A stretch of DNA of 63,988 bases, the filler included, from an uncultured bacterium (GTDB lineage: Bacteria > CAZSTA01): NCBI GenBank assembly GCA_964609495.1. It is 4 parts of 4 records of this genome, joined end to end, with 100 filler letters (N's around TTAATTAATTAA, not from the genome) between each part and the next. Parts side by side here need not be neighbours in the genome. Positions count along the whole stretch, not along the records: positions 19,591 to 38,884 come from CAZSTA010000055.1; 3 more parts are not named here. One strand, written 5' to 3'. Made by a program: the position numbers and the translations under genes. The notes under the pieces were generated by a model. The model made no database searches and was not told the origin of the DNA. It saw nothing but the letters and a program-made list of their open reading frames with translations. The first letter of the stretch is position 1. Each line of letters starts with the position of its first letter. This document shows, in pieces, positions 19,491 to 31,219 of this stretch.

Positions 19491-19590
19491 NNNNNNNNNN
19501 NNNNNNNNNNNNNNNNNNNNNNNNNNNNNNNNNNTTAATTAATTAANNNNNNNNNNNNNNNNNNNNNNNNNNNNNNNNNNNNNNNNNNNN
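19491..19590. other. artificial contig linker
   Basis: N44-TTAATTAATTAA-N44 (stops in all frames). Confidence 0.98.
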
Positions 19591-20995
19591 CATTGTGAGT
19601 AACATCCACCACATCCCTAACATTTTTATAAGCCTCGGACATCTCCTCAGCTAAAATCCTTTTACTCTCAGCTCGGACATATATACCTTGGCTAGCCAGC
19701 TCCTTCGCTATATCTCTCCCCTTAGCTCTCCTCTTAGACGCCGTCCGAGATAAGAGACGACCAGCACCATGACAAGTACTGCCAAAGGTATCCTCCATGG
19801 CCCTTTGAGTTCCTACCAAAACATAAGAATATCTCCCCATATCTCCAGGGATGAGAACAGGTTGACCTATATCGCTATAAACTTTAGGGATTTCTGGATG
19901 CCCAGGTCCGAAAGAACGGGTCGCACCTTTACGATGAACACAGACCTTGATCTTCTTTCCGTCTATTATATGTTGCTCGAACTTAGCGATATTATGAGCG
20001 ACATCATAGATCAGCTCAAGGCCCAAATCTTCCTCCTTGAGACCTAGGGATTTCTTTAAAGCCTCTCTGGTCCAGTGCATAATACATTGGCGGTTAGCCC
20101 AGGCATAGTTAGCCGCGCAAGCCATCGCCGCGAAATAATCTCTCCCCTCAGGAGAATCGATAGGAGCACAGGCGAGTTGACGATCAGGAAGCTCAATCTT
20201 ATACTTCTTGACCGCCTGTTGCATCACCCTTATATAGTCATCACATACTTGATGTCCCAATCCCCTAGAGCCACAGTGAATCATAACTGTAACTTGTCCC
20301 TTCTCTAACCCCATAACCTTCGCTATCTTGGGATCGAATATCTCCTCCACTACCTGAACCTCTAGGAAGTGATTCCCCGATCCTAGAGACCCCAACTGGG
20401 GATAGCCTCTCTTGAGAGCCTCACGACTAACTTTATCCACATCTGCTCCCTCAAGGCATCCTCCAGCCTCGGTATGCTCCAAGTCCCTGGGATTGCCAAA
20501 TCCTCTCTTTACCGCCCACTGAGATCCTTTTTCCAAGACCTGCTTTAACTCCTTATCAGTAACCTTTATCTGCCCTTTAGAGCCGACTCCCGAAGGAACA
20601 TCCCTAAATAATTGATCTATCACAGCTTTGATCCTAGGTTTGATATCCTCCTCCCTCAAATTGCTACGTAACAGACGGACTCCACAGTTGATATCATAAC
20701 CGACTCCTCCAGGCGATATTACCCCATTTTTCATCTCCATAGCGGCTACCCCTCCGATAGAAAAGCCATATCCCCAGTGGATATCGGGCATAGCTAAGGA
20801 GTACTTTACAATACCCGGGAGAAAAGCAACATTGGCTACCTGCTCAGGTGCTCGATCCTGACGAATGCTTTCCAAAAGAGATTCGTTGGCGTAGATCACC
20901 CCGGGAACTCTCATCCCTTGATTATAGCTAGTTGGTATCATCCAACGATAATCGTCTATCTTATCTAGCGGTCCATTCCAAGCCTTATCAGCCAT
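19591..20995 (-). CDS. rtcB: RNA ligase RtcB (3' end cut by contig edge)
   Basis: MPDIHWGYGF, DINCG, GSGNHF, HCGSRG, HNIAK, HRKGAT, HGAGR. Confidence 0.95.
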
Positions 20996-21009
20996 TTTTC
21001 GCACCCTCC

Positions 21010-21432
21010 TCAGATGTCAAATATCACTCTTGCCTCCCACTCACGATCCTTTTGTTTTACATATAACTGATGATAAGTTACTCCCTTGATTAAGAGATTT
21101 ATCTTATGCTTATTAAGATCTAACCTCTCTCCATATACCTCGGCTTTGAGAAGGGGTTTATCTTCAGTAATCACCTTGAATTCCCCTGGGATCAACTCTT
21201 CAGTTTCATATATGAAGAGCAACCTGCTCAACCAATCGACCAATAGAATCTCGAGATCGTCAGCCTCTATCTCGATCTCCATTCTCTCGGAGGAAGTAAC
21301 ATCATCAAGATCAGTTATCAAACTAAACATCGCATAGGCGGCATTGGAGAACAACTCATCTCTTCCTGCTCCATATACTACGATCCCCACATCCGCCGTA
21401 TGCTCGAATATATCAAATTTCTTCTTCAACAA
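21010..21432 (-). CDS. archease
   Basis: EHTADVG, IKGVTYH, C-terminal FDI; adjacent to rtcB. Confidence 0.93.
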   Translation of the reverse strand: MLKKKFDIFEHTADVGIVVYGAGRDELFSNAAYAMFSLITDLDDVTSSERMEIEIEADDLEILLVDWLSRLLFIYETEELIPGEFKVITEDKPLLKAEVYGERLDLNKHKINLLIKGVTYHQLYVKQKDREWEARVIFDI

Positions 21433-21453
21433 GCTATCCCTTCCTTCGAAAGA

Positions 21454-23901
21454 TCAGACGGAATCGATAAATGCCTCCTGAACTCGATCTTTCGCAATAG
21501 TCTCTACCGCCACTATACTATCTCCCTCATCTAATCGCTGAAGAATCACTCCCTGAGAATATCGTCCCGTAGTATGAATATTCTTTACCTTGAGGCGAAT
21601 AACCATCCCCTGAGCAGTGATCAGGATCAACTCATCGGAATCATTGACTACTTTGATGCTGATCACCTCTCCGTTCTTCTCAGTCAAGTGGATAGCCTTA
21701 ATTCCCTTCCCTCCTCTATTATGGGAGGAATATTCATCTAGAGGAGTTCTCTTTCCATATCCCTTAGTTGCCACAGTGAGAAGTTGTCCATTTTGCTGAA
21801 CGATCTCCATCCCAATAACTTCGTCATCTTCATTGAGATTAATTCCCTTAACCCCTCTAGCTGAACGCCCCATATCCCTAACGCAATCCTCGGAGAAGCG
21901 TGATAGCTGCCCCTTTTTAGTCCCCAGAAGGACCTCCCGCTTCCCGTCAGTCTCCTTTACATCGATCAACTCATCACCTTCGTCTAAAGTGAGAGCTATC
22001 AAACCATTTGAGCGTTTGCTAGAATAGGCAGAAAACTTCACCTTCTTAATTATTCCCTTTCTGGTGACCATAATAAAATAGCTATCTTTATCAAAATCTT
22101 TGACGGAGATGATCGCTGAAATTCGCTCCTCTTTATTTATCTGAAGTAGATTCACTATGGAGGTCCCTTTAGATCTTCGGCTTCCAGTAGTAAGCTCAAA
22201 GACCTTTAACTGATAAACCCTCCCCTTATTGGTGAAGAAGAGCATATAATCATGAGTAGAGGTGACGAAGAGATGCTCTACAAAATCCTCCTCCTTAGTT
22301 CCCATTCCAGTGACGCCTCTACCACCGCGAAGTTGCCTTTTATAGGTCCGAAGAGGGAGCCGTTTGATGTAACCATCGCGAGTGATAGTTACTACTTCAT
22401 CCTCATCGGCTATCAAATCCTCAATATCGAACTCCTCTTCACTAGCTCTTATCTCAGCCCTTCGCTCATCTCCATACTTCTTCTTTATCTCAAGGAGCTC
22501 CTCTTTGATCAAATTCATTATCTTCTTCTCACTAGCCAGAAGATCTTTAAGAGAGGAAACATCGGCAAGCACCTCTTTATACTCCTTCTCGATGCTCTTC
22601 CTCTCTAATCCCGTCAATCTATGCAGTCTCATATCGAGTATAGCTTGAGCCTGCTTTTCACTCAGCTTGAATTTGGACATCAAGCCCTCTCTCGCCTGAT
22701 TCGCATCTTGAGAGCTTCGGATAAGCTTTATTACCTTATCGAGGTTATCGAGAGCTATCATAAGTCCCTCGAGGATATGAGCCCTTGCCTCTGCCTTTCT
22801 CAACTCATAATTAGTGCGTCTGATGACAACCACCTTTCGGTGTTCCAGATAGTGGGATAAAAGACTTTTCAGATTAAGAACTACCGGTCTGCCATCCACC
22901 AGAGCTAGATTTATGACCCCAAAGGTGGTCTGCATAAAGGTATGTTTATATAACTGATTGAGGACAACCTTAGGGATAGCCTCACGTTTGAGATCTATAG
23001 CGATCCTCATCCCATTGCGATCTGATTCGTCTCTAAGATCAGATATCCCCTCTATCTTTCGAGAGTTTACCAAATCCGCGATCTTCTCGATCAGGGAGGA
23101 TTTATTCACCTGATAGGGGAGTTCGGTAACGATAATCCTATCTCGACCTTTCTTGGAGACTCGCTCGATAAAAGCTCTAGCTCGAACTATTATCTTCCCT
23201 CTTCCAGTCTCATAAGCGGATTTTATCCCCTCTCGCCCCATAATCATACCCCCCGTGGGAAAGTCAGGCCCTCTGATCATCATCATAAGTTCCTTAATGC
23301 TAGCCTCGGGATTATCTATAAGCAGGATTAAACCATTTATTACCTCAGCTAGATTATGGGGAGGGATATTTGTCGCCATACCGACCGCTATCCCCGAGGA
23401 GCCATTCACCAGAAGATTGGGATATTTTGAGGGGAGAACGACTGGCTCCTCCAAGGATTCGTCGAAATTAGGCATAAAATCGACGGTATCCTTATCTATA
23501 TCAGCCAGCATCTCCTCGGCTATAGGCGACATCCTCACCTCGGTATAACGCATAGCCGCTGGCTCATCTCCATCTATCGAGCCGAAATTGCCATGCCCAT
23601 CTACTAAGGGATACCTCATTGAGAAATCCTGAGCCATTCGCACTATGGTATCATATACCGCGGCATCTCCATGGGGATGATATTTACCTATGACCTCTCC
23701 CACGAGACGGGCCGCCTTACGATGAGGTTTATTATGCTCTAGTCCCAGATCCTTCATCGAATATAGGATTCGCCTGTGAACAGGCTTCAATCCATCCTGG
23801 ACACTTGGCAAAGCTCGTCTTATGATAACGCTCATCGCAAAATTTATGTAGGACGTCTTCATTTCATCTTCTATACTGATAGGAACTATATCCTCTGGCA
23901 T
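21454..23901 (-). CDS. gyrA: DNA gyrase subunit A
   Basis: YHPHGD, AAMRYTE, GyrA-box QLRGGRG, C-terminal pinwheel repeats. Confidence 0.97.
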   Translation of the reverse strand: MPEDIVPISIEDEMKTSYINFAMSVIIRRALPSVQDGLKPVHRRILYSMKDLGLEHNKPHRKAARLVGEVIGKYHPHGDAAVYDTIVRMAQDFSMRYPLVDGHGNFGSIDGDEPAAMRYTEVRMSPIAEEMLADIDKDTVDFMPNFDESLEEPVVLPSKYPNLLVNGSSGIAVGMATNIPPHNLAEVINGLILLIDNPEASIKELMMMIRGPDFPTGGMIMGREGIKSAYETGRGKIIVRARAFIERVSKKGRDRIIVTELPYQVNKSSLIEKIADLVNSRKIEGISDLRDESDRNGMRIAIDLKREAIPKVVLNQLYKHTFMQTTFGVINLALVDGRPVVLNLKSLLSHYLEHRKVVVIRRTNYELRKAEARAHILEGLMIALDNLDKVIKLIRSSQDANQAREGLMSKFKLSEKQAQAILDMRLHRLTGLERKSIEKEYKEVLADVSSLKDLLASEKKIMNLIKEELLEIKKKYGDERRAEIRASEEEFDIEDLIADEDEVVTITRDGYIKRLPLRTYKRQLRGGRGVTGMGTKEEDFVEHLFVTSTHDYMLFFTNKGRVYQLKVFELTTGSRRSKGTSIVNLLQINKEERISAIISVKDFDKDSYFIMVTRKGIIKKVKFSAYSSKRSNGLIALTLDEGDELIDVKETDGKREVLLGTKKGQLSRFSEDCVRDMGRSARGVKGINLNEDDEVIGMEIVQQNGQLLTVATKGYGKRTPLDEYSSHNRGGKGIKAIHLTEKNGEVISIKVVNDSDELILITAQGMVIRLKVKNIHTTGRYSQGVILQRLDEGDSIVAVETIAKDRVQEAFIDSV

Positions 23902-23967
23902 ATTGATCCTCCGAATCTATTTAAAACTAAATTAGATGCTCCCACAAACTTTGCATACTAGGTATAT

Positions 23968-24189
23968 CTACTTTAACAAGTTGTGAATATCCAATGACAT
24001 TGTAATCGGATGCGAATTTTGATGCTTTAAGTTCATCAGATATGAATTGAAATTATCTTTAACCTCGGATATATCGGGAGAAATTAACCCTAGAGCCTCG
24101 ACAGCCTCCTGTGCCAATTGAATACCCCTAGGCATAAATTCCTTACGAATCCTTCTGTTTAACTCAACAAACTTATCTCGATTGATCAT
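23968..24189 (-). pseudogene. short ORF coupled to the MTase, possibly a truncated restriction endonuclease
   Basis: 73 aa; ATGA overlap with the MTase stop; position inferred only, no nuclease motif seen. Confidence 0.35.
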
Positions 24190-25517
24190 AACTTCTGAAG
24201 TATCACTATGCTCTCCTGGGACATTGTATCACTAAGTTCACCTTTAACGTTAGTGGGACTATTCCTTAGAGGCATTCTCTTATTAGGAATGCTTCTTGTA
24301 ATTGTCTCCAGATGAGCTAAATTATGAGCGGGAGCTAGTTCAACTAATATATCATCTGTAGGGATTCTGACCCTCTTAACCATCCTATTTCCTATTACCA
24401 TACATACATAACCATCAGCTCTCAAAACTCGACTTATCTCTTTAAGACATTTATCCAAGTCTATGTAGAATAATAGCACCTCCTTGGCTCGTTTTCCATC
24501 CCTCTCAGATATCGCTTCTAATACGTTTCTCAAAGAAGGAGAATTCAAATTATAACCATTATGATCTCTATTCCTTCTACCCCCTAATGATTTCTTATCT
24601 GTATTTAAGCTATCTCCAGAAAAATCGAGCCATTGAAGAGATAGTCTAGAAAATTGTCCATAAGCTACAGTAGTTCTAGAATCACCATAAGGAGGGGAAG
24701 TTACGACTAACTGGACGATCTCTTCAGGAAGGCTAGTCTTTTCTCTGGTATCCTCATCTAAGACTATAACTTTATTATTACAATCCTTACACTCTCTTAA
24801 AAGATCCTTCATTCCCTCGATATTACGCATCACCTTATTTTTAAAAGTTCCTAAAACATCAGGTTCAAATTCTTCGAGTTTGTCTTTGGGCAATCTATAT
24901 AATTTGAACTCGCTATTTCTGGTATTGGATACCTCCCGAACAGTCTCACTAAAAGCCACTTTAAAGAAGTCCTTTATCCTCTCATCCCTTATCTTCTCTA
25001 TAACCACTTTTAGAGTAGCCAATTTCTTAATCACGGAAGGTTTGAACCAGTAGTCTATATTAAAAAACTCTGGAAAACTCGAGAGCTTCACTTTAGATAT
25101 ATCCTTCAATATAACCTCAAAGTTGCTCCTAAGGAGATGCGGATCAATAGGAGTCGTTTTAACCTTGCTCAGTAATCTTGCTAGAGGATTGATATCTATA
25201 CCGTAGCTATTTAAACCAGCTAATTTAGCTTCAACTAAAACTGTGCCAGAGCCACAGAAAGGATCGAGGATATATCCCTCTCTATCACTAAACATCTTAA
25301 TTAATCGTCCAGCCACCTGGGGAATCATCATAGCTGGATAACTATGAAAACAGTGAGTATAACCCTTAGTATCCTCTCCTTCATAATCCCAACTATGATC
25401 GATGAGCTTTCGCCTCTCTTCATCCACAATAGTTTGCGAAGAAACAAGAGGATTATGTAATTCCCCTGCTATCTCCCCAAACAAAGCAAGTTGTTCACGA
25501 ACGTCTTTCTCTGACAC
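24186..25517 (-). CDS. N4-cytosine DNA methyltransferase (M.MvaI-like motif order)
   Basis: THCFHSYPAMMIPQ, LDPFCGSGT, then TSPPY. Confidence 0.85.
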   Translation of the reverse strand: MSEKDVREQLALFGEIAGELHNPLVSSQTIVDEERRKLIDHSWDYEGEDTKGYTHCFHSYPAMMIPQVAGRLIKMFSDREGYILDPFCGSGTVLVEAKLAGLNSYGIDINPLARLLSKVKTTPIDPHLLRSNFEVILKDISKVKLSSFPEFFNIDYWFKPSVIKKLATLKVVIEKIRDERIKDFFKVAFSETVREVSNTRNSEFKLYRLPKDKLEEFEPDVLGTFKNKVMRNIEGMKDLLRECKDCNNKVIVLDEDTREKTSLPEEIVQLVVTSPPYGDSRTTVAYGQFSRLSLQWLDFSGDSLNTDKKSLGGRRNRDHNGYNLNSPSLRNVLEAISERDGKRAKEVLLFYIDLDKCLKEISRVLRADGYVCMVIGNRMVKRVRIPTDDILVELAPAHNLAHLETITRSIPNKRMPLRNSPTNVKGELSDTMSQESIVILQKL

Positions 25518-25526
25518 CTCAGCTCT

Positions 25527-25628
25527 CCCTTAAATATCCAAATTAGTTACCTCTTTAGCATTCTGCTGAATAAACCTTTTTCTGGGATCAACTTTATTGC
25601 CCATCAGAATAGTGAATATCTCATCCGC
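25527..25628. repeat. 102-bp duplicate of the gyrB 3' end
   Basis: matches 26562-26663 with one mismatch. Confidence 0.95.
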
Positions 25629-25792
25629 AGTAAGTATAAATCTTACCAGCATTTATCGAAGCTAGCTCCCCTATAACCTGCCTCCATCTCTCTCGCAAAG
25701 TCCTTTTAACTGATATTATTACACATCTAGTCCTATCTTTTCTAAAGATCTCTATACTATGCGATTTCTTGAATAGGGTCTCAATATTTTCT

Positions 25793-26053
25793 TCATGGTC
25801 TCCTTAAGACTTCCTCGTGCTTACCTATCCTACGAAGAAGATAGATATCGCCTATTATCTGAAAGGTAAAGCGGTAACCTCTGGTAACTCTTGCTTCCCA
25901 TATATCTTCCTTGCTTTTCAGTTTTTTTGCTCTCAAGGAAGAGTAGTGTAGATTTTCAAGGAGAAAAGAGAGCTGCTTATTAGCTCGCTTTTTTATCTTT
26001 TCAGGTAAATCACGATAATCCTCATCAAAGGTTTTGGTCGTTTTAATCTTCAT
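25793..26053 (-). CDS. RelE/ParE superfamily toxin
   Basis: 86 aa basic protein; SLRAKKL, WEARV..GYRFTF, LRRIGKH. Confidence 0.82.
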   Translation of the reverse strand: MKIKTTKTFDEDYRDLPEKIKKRANKQLSFLLENLHYSSLRAKKLKSKEDIWEARVTRGYRFTFQIIGDIYLLRRIGKHEEVLRRP

Positions 26054-26056
26054 ATC

Positions 26057-26482
26057 CTATTCCTGTAGATGCTCAATAAGTTCATCTACATTCTTGAAGG
26101 GCCCTGAGACTTTTCTTTGAGCGATTTCCTTCTCCGCTTCCCTTTCTCCCTTTTGCCATTCCTCTCTCCACCACCAAGCCTGGTCTGGGTCAATCAAATC
26201 TGTCTTAATGGCTAACTCTATTTCCTCATCGCTCAGACCCTGAGAATGGACAAGGTCTGTTTGGATCTTGTTGATCTTCCCTTTAATTTCTGGGAGAAAC
26301 TCCTGTTCTTCCTTTGTGAGAGAAGGAGCTGGAGCTTTAGCAGTAGGCTGTTTGGGAATCATGATGATTTTCCCTTCCTGAGTAATTGCTTCCAAAGAAT
26401 CCCCGGGTTTCAGATGGAGTTGGTCGAAAATCTCCTTTGGAATGGTTATTTGATGTTTTGGACCAATCTTGATTATAGGCAT
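26057..26482 (-). CDS. AbrB/MazE/SpoVT family antitoxin
   Basis: KHQITIPKEI...L.PGD; C-terminal DQAWWW..EWQ.GEREA. Confidence 0.85.
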   Translation of the reverse strand: MPIIKIGPKHQITIPKEIFDQLHLKPGDSLEAITQEGKIIMIPKQPTAKAPAPSLTKEEQEFLPEIKGKINKIQTDLVHSQGLSDEEIELAIKTDLIDPDQAWWWREEWQKGEREAEKEIAQRKVSGPFKNVDELIEHLQE

Positions 26483-26564
26483 CTTCTTTCCCTCTTTTAA
26501 TTTTTGATCTTTAAATATGTTTACTTTCTTACTTATGACATCCTAGCTCTCCCTTAGATCACCC

Positions 26565-28469
<1,905 letters not shown>

Positions 28470-28546
28470 TTATACCTTCCTTTTAGCTTTGGAATTATAT
28501 CATATCAAAATAGGAAAAAATTATAATATGCAAAATTCTCTATTAT

Positions 28547-28575
28547 ATTATAACCGATTTTTTCGATTTTGTCAA
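28547..28575 (-). promoter_or_regulatory. gyrB promoter
   Basis: perfect TTGACA-17-TATAAT on the minus strand. Confidence 0.75.
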
Positions 28576-28823
28576 GTAAAAAATGTCCAGAATTAACCTC
28601 AATATTCAACCTCTTACACACTCAAAATCAGCCAACGAATAAATGAATATTTTCCCTATAATTAATGCATAAAATTACTTTGAAAATAAAAGTATCTTCA
28701 GATGTTTTTATCCGAAGATACCAACTCCTTATCTTCTTAGTTACCTGACTGAAGATATCCGACCCTAAATATCGTCCTTAGTTAAGCTTATCATACGACT
28801 ATCAAGCGATGAGAAACTATATA

Positions 28824-30011
28824 CTATATTTTAGAGGACAAGAGTCGAGCTAAACGATAATCGCTTTCTAACATCTCGGCAATCGCTTCCAACAACTCTG
28901 ATATCCCTTCCCCGGTCAAAGCAGATATAGCTACCCCTACTTCTACCTCTTGGATAAGTATATTCACCTCCTCTCGAGCGGATAGCTTATCTATCTTATT
29001 AAAGACTGTGATCAGGGGCTTATCCAAGATATCGAGCTCCTTCAGAATGCTATATACCGCTTGACTTTGTTCCCTAGCCTTAGGGTGACTAGCATCGATC
29101 ACGTGGAGAAGGAAGTCAGCCTCCGTCACTTCCTCCAAAGTCGCTCGGAAAGCGGAAACTAACTGATGGGGAAGTTTCTGGATGAATCCCACCGTATCTG
29201 AGAGGAGGATAATTTGCCTGTTGGGAAGATACACGCTTCTAATAGTAGGATCGAGCGTGGCAAATAGCTTGTTCTCAACTTTAACTTCAGCTCGAGTCAG
29301 AGTATTGAAGAGGGCAGATTTTCCCGCGTTGGTGTAGCCAACTAGGGAGGCTAGAGGAAATGCCTTTGCCCTTCTCCCTCGTCGCTGAAGGGCGCGATGT
29401 TTACTTATCTTTTCGATCTTCCTCTTCAACTGTGAGATTCGCGCTCGGATTCTCCTCCTATCAGTCTCAAGTTTAGTTTCCCCTGGACCCCTAGTCCCTA
29501 TACCGCCACCTAGACGAGAGAGCATAGTTCCCCTACCCGCTAGACGGGGGAGTAGATAATTCAACTGGGCTAACTCTACTTGGATCTTACCCTCATTAGA
29601 GCGAGCTCTTTGAGCGAAGATATCCAAGATGAGCGCAGTTCTATCTATTACTTTAACCTTCAGACTATCCTCTAAATTCCTCTGCTGAGAGGGATTTAGT
29701 TCCATATCGAAAATCACTAAGTCGGCGCCCAACTCCTCTTTGAGTGCTTTCAATTCCTCGACTTTTCCCCGACCGATATAATAAGTGGCATCAGGCTTAT
29801 CCCTCCTCTGAGTAGCATAGCCAACGATCTTAACCCCCGCGGTCTTGGTCAACTGCTCAAGCTCAGCCAAAGAATCTTCCGATCTCCATAGATTATCCCT
29901 ATCGATTTGAAATATCTCCAAACCAACTAAAATAGCCCTTTCCTCTTTAGTTTCAATCAGAGCTATCAACTCCTTCAGCTTCTTTGCTCTCCTCCTCCTT
30001 CTCCTCGACAA
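28824..30011 (-). CDS. hflX: GTPase HflX (true start probably about 40-55 nt downstream)
   Basis: [28 protein letters not shown]. Confidence 0.95.
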   Translation of the reverse strand: MSRRRRRRAKKLKELIALIETKEERAILVGLEIFQIDRDNLWRSEDSLAELEQLTKTAGVKIVGYATQRRDKPDATYYIGRGKVEELKALKEELGADLVIFDMELNPSQQRNLEDSLKVKVIDRTALILDIFAQRARSNEGKIQVELAQLNYLLPRLAGRGTMLSRLGGGIGTRGPGETKLETDRRRIRARISQLKRKIEKISKHRALQRRGRRAKAFPLASLVGYTNAGKSALFNTLTRAEVKVENKLFATLDPTIRSVYLPNRQIILLSDTVGFIQKLPHQLVSAFRATLEEVTEADFLLHVIDASHPKAREQSQAVYSILKELDILDKPLITVFNKIDKLSAREEVNILIQEVEVGVAISALTGEGISELLEAIAEMLESDYRLARLLSSKI

Positions 30012-30237
30012 GAAGTGAGCTAAGATCCAAATTTTTAGCTGGGGTTATAGTGGAGATAGCATGCTTATAGATCAGCATCTGTTTGTTATCTTGATAGAGG
30101 ATAACTGTGAAATTATCGAAGCCCTTCACTAATCCCCTCAACTGGAATCCATTTATCAAGTACACTGTTACTGGAATCTTTCCCTTCCTCGCTTCATTAA
30201 GAAATATATCCTGCCATTTCAACTGCTGTTTAGCCAT
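29953..30237 (-). CDS. hfq: RNA chaperone Hfq
   Basis: [23 protein letters not shown]. Confidence 0.95.
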   Translation of the reverse strand: MAKQQLKWQDIFLNEARKGKIPVTVYLINGFQLRGLVKGFDNFTVILYQDNKQMLIYKHAISTITPAKNLDLSSLLVEEKEEESKEAEGVDSSD

Positions 30238-30277
30238 CTAAAAACCTCTCCTTATATATGATGTAAGTAAGTCACCG

Positions 30278-31216
30278 CTAAATATTAGCATAAATGTATC
30301 TCTCTAACTCACCAAGGATATCACTAATACTGCGATATTTCTCCAAACCGAACCAACGAATCCCCTCCACCTTTCTAAACCAGGTTAACTGCCTCTTGGC
30401 ATATCTTCTGGTATCTCTCTTTATCAGATAGATAGCCTCATCAAGGTCATACAGCCCCTTCAGATATCCTATTATCTGCCTATATCCTAAACCGAGCCAG
30501 GCCGGAGCTCCCTCATCATACCCATCTGAGATAAGCCTCTCCACCTCCTCCACCAAGCCAGCCTCCATCATCTCATCTACTCGGCTATCTATCCTCCTAT
30601 AAAGCTCCTCCCGCGGGCGAATCAGACCCATCAGCACCGAATTATATCCCGATTCTGCCTCGGCCCATTCAGCCTGAAGTTCGGATATAGGCTTTCCGGT
30701 AAGATAATATACCTCCAAGGCTCGGATGATCCGTCTTAAATTTCGCGGATGAGTTTCCCGCGCCTTGGCTGGATCCACCTCCTTAAGCTTATTATACAGA
30801 TATTCACTCCCGTGCTGATCAGCCTCTCTCTTAAGTCCATCTCGCAATTCCCGATCCGCGCTAGGTCCAGGGAAGATATATCCTCCCTCGACTACTGCTT
30901 TGATGTATAACCCAGTTCCTCCTACCAATAAAGGCAATTTCCCTCGCTGGTGAATATCATCTATAACTTCCTCGGCTAACTTCTGATAATCGGCTACCGC
31001 GAATCGTTCATCTGGTTCGACGATATCGATCAGATGATGAGGGATAATCCCTCTTTCCTCAGGCGTAGGCTTAGCTGTCCCGATATCCATTCCCTTATAT
31101 ATCTGTCTCGAATCGGCAGATATTATCTCCGCATTAAGCCTCTCAGCCAATTCGATCGATATCTTCGTCTTACCAACCCCGGTAGGTCCTGCAATAACCA
31201 CTAAAGGTATAGCCAT
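30278..31216 (-). CDS. miaA: tRNA dimethylallyltransferase
   Basis: GPTGVGKT, DSRQIY..MDIGTAKP, GGTGLY, YAKRQLTWF. Confidence 0.96.
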   Translation of the reverse strand: MAIPLVVIAGPTGVGKTKISIELAERLNAEIISADSRQIYKGMDIGTAKPTPEERGIIPHHLIDIVEPDERFAVADYQKLAEEVIDDIHQRGKLPLLVGGTGLYIKAVVEGGYIFPGPSADRELRDGLKREADQHGSEYLYNKLKEVDPAKARETHPRNLRRIIRALEVYYLTGKPISELQAEWAEAESGYNSVLMGLIRPREELYRRIDSRVDEMMEAGLVEEVERLISDGYDEGAPAWLGLGYRQIIGYLKGLYDLDEAIYLIKRDTRRYAKRQLTWFRKVEGIRWFGLEKYRSISDILGELERYIYANI

Positions 31217-31219
31217 CTT

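Noticed and set aside
19491-19590. TTAATTAATTAA within N-runs (also 38885-38984 and 57413-57512)
   Set aside because: Artificial six-frame-stop contig linker. The truncations of rtcB, the methyltransferase, gdh and the TPR gene are assembly edges, not pseudogenes.
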